Shown here in pieces: positions 61,746 to 64,000 of a stretch of DNA of 64,000 nt. The notes beneath the pieces were generated by a model. It made no database searches. It was given only the letters and a program-made list of their open reading frames with translations, and had not been told where the DNA came from. Location: NCBI RefSeq assembly GCF_018977255.1, contig NW_024704742.1, forward strand, positions 61,382,001 to 61,446,000, read 5' to 3'. The first letter of the stretch is position 1; every line of letters starts with the position of its first letter. The DNA comes from Callorhinchus milii (Eukaryota). The position numbers were made by a program, and so were the translations under genes.

Positions 61746-62058
61746 GGAGTCCTGTAGCTCAGTGGTTAGAACACTCGCTTTGCAAATGAGAGACCTGAGT
61801 TCAATTCCAGGCAGGACGAAACCTTGGGCAAGTTTCCTTACTCCACACGCCCAATAATAACCCCTCCAAAAACCAAAAACAATAATAAATTGGTCATTTT
61901 CAATCCACGACTGTTTGTGGGAACATTGCTGTGCACAATTGGCTGCCGCGTTCACCCACAAATATACAGTCAATTCACTTTACAGTGTGTTCTGTGAAGC
62001 GCTTTGGGACGTCCTCCCGACGTGAAAAGCGCTATATCAAATGCAAGGATTATTATTA
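61746..62058 (+). mobile_element. tRNA-Ala-headed SINE, short form, full length
   Basis: Full head and tail; TSD TTAATATG at 61739-61746 and 62056-62063. Confidence 0.95.
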
Positions 62059-63244
62059 ATATGACCTGCTCATCTTAACTTCCTTGCAGTCAGTTCCAGT
62101 GGGATCTGAGAGCTTATTTGCAAGCTGTCTACTCCACCTGGAATACCAGTGGTAAGGCGAGATGCCAGAGGTGAAGGAGGGATGCAAGCTCTTTGAAAAT
62201 TTACAACAGAATAATGAATAATTTATCACGATAATGGTTTACATTTCTAATTTTCTCTTCACTGCTGTTCCCCGTTTGGCTCTTCCACTAACATGCCAGA
62301 TGGTGACCTTAAGCACAGAATGTTTCTCGATTACAGCACTTTAGCAAAGATTGTTAAGATATATTTTGATGCCTATTAATCTTGTTTTGCCAAATGATTC
62401 TAAGATAACACAATTGCAAACTATTACAAATAAAAGTGCTGTGTTTCTTCAGATAGGAGTTGGCACCATGAACTATCCTGTTTTCACACTGATTTTATAT
62501 CACTTCATGCAACTAATAAATTTGTGGTGAATTGCTAGTAATTTTCATGCTAATTCTTGTAAAGATCAAAGTTTAAATTGATGTTGAGGGACTAGATTCA
62601 GAAGTGAATCAATCAGGAGCCCAACTACTGAGATCACATTTTGGAGATGGTTTTGGCAGCACTTTGATTCACAGCTCTGGAGTATAAATGCCTCAGTGTG
62701 AATCAATTATGTCTGCACAAATCATACCTTGAAGGTTCCTGTGCAATCCACTGAACCGTGGTTAATAGTCAAACAGCTGACTCTCTAACAACATGAACAA
62801 CTAACTAACATTGCATGTGGGTATCTCTCAAAGTGGGTCTTAGCTTTCCAACAGTGGTCATGACTGAGCAGCTTAAATCAGGTTTCTTTTCCAGCACTGT
62901 TAATTGGCATCGCAAATTATTTAGAGTACTGAGGGCAAAATCTGGGAAAGCAATTCATAAATGACATAAAGAAATTTCATAAAGATTGAATAGTAAAATA
63001 AAACTTTATTAGTTGTATGTCACATTTGTAGGGGTGGGGAAGGGGTTTGGTCACTCGGATGTCTGACATGTGGAAACCCATTACCAAACCAGACTGAGAG
63101 TTTCAGATAGGTCCACCACCTACACATTGACATTTCCCTGTGTCTGCAATGTGCACTCTCCCTGGAGGAACCCAACCTGTTTACCTGATTCTGGAGAGCA
63201 TTCGGCGCAGAATGGTGAGAGCCAAGACTTAGAGAAATATACTA

Positions 63245-63429
63245 TCTTTATGGTTGGACCACAATATAAAGTTTCTTGATTGAATATTTCTTGATTCACA
63301 TGACATAAATCAAGAAACATTCAATCAAGAAAAAAATGAAAACACACTATGATTGAAAAAGTGATTAGCTAAACTTGTGCGAATGTTCAGGTGGACACAT
63401 CTTTACAGCCCCATGGTTGGCTACCACTG
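63245..63429. mobile_element. Second copy of the hAT-type MITE (5' TIR lost)
   Basis: Shares TGGTTGGA...TTCTTGAYTGAATATTT.TTGATTCA and CTAAACT.GTGCGAATGTTCAG with 37380-37599; 3' TIR GGTTGGCTACCACTG at 63415-63429. Confidence 0.7.
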
Positions 63430-64000
63430 CATCAGGGGTAAATGCTGGAGTTTAACACTACTAAAAACACATAACTTGCCATTGAGCGCTGTCTGGCAAA
63501 CTTCTTTGCTTTCTATTTTGGTTTGGTATGTCCGATGCAATCCCAATCCAAAACCAATAACACAATTACTATGAATAAAGATCGAGCACAACACTTTTCA
63601 TAATGTAAATTTAAATTTGATAATGTAATTTAGGTTCACTCATGATTAGTTGTCTTCTCTATTTATTGGGAATGTTTAATGGTTACTCTGAACACTGGTG
63701 ACTTAAACAGGATAATTATGGTGACTCATGCAGACGTATTCAAAATTCCTTTAGTCTCTTCTCATGAAATTGATTGTCAAGCACATACAAGATAGTGATT
63801 TACCCAGGCAGCCTTGAGAGTTGAAATAAGTGCTAATTTGCCCTGGGATTTAGTCAATGTTCCACTTATCAGACCCGATGATTTCTAAAAAAAAATTTTA
63901 GATTTGTTGTGTGACAAAGCAGAGAAAACTATCTCAAACTATAGGTTGCAGTGAGAAGCCAATAAATCATAACCACAGTGAAAATATAGAAAGCGTATTC

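Overview
This is repeat-dense vertebrate genomic DNA, intronic or intergenic. I found no confidently identifiable host protein-coding gene, rRNA, true tRNA or CRISPR array. Almost every ORF in the track is a decayed non-LTR retrotransposon fragment, its antisense shadow, or a chance ORF. The repeats are: (i) many L2-clade LINE 3' fragments from at least two subfamilies with (GTT)n tails; (ii) older CR1 LINE fragments; (iii) many old Deu-domain SINEs resembling SacSINE1/AmnSINE1; (iv) a younger tRNA-Ala-headed SINE in a long older form and a short younger form, sharing its 3' part with the DeuSINE and its terminal stem-loop with L2; (v) two copies of a hAT-type MITE; (vi) a possible decayed Harbinger-type Myb/SANT ORF. 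This repertoire suggests a cartilaginous fish, most likely a holocephalan such as the elephant shark (inference from remembered repeat consensuses, not a database hit). I cannot support a new gene-level biological system. The best signals are mechanistic: a ~1 kb compound L2-unique-L2-unique insertion flanked by a perfect 21-bp direct repeat, a compensatory base-pair change between the SINE and L2 3' stem-loops, modular SINE evolution, a templated palindrome at a SINE 5' junction, a near-perfect 61-nt hairpin inside a MITE, and an internally inverted L2. Boundaries of old repeats are approximate (tens of bp).
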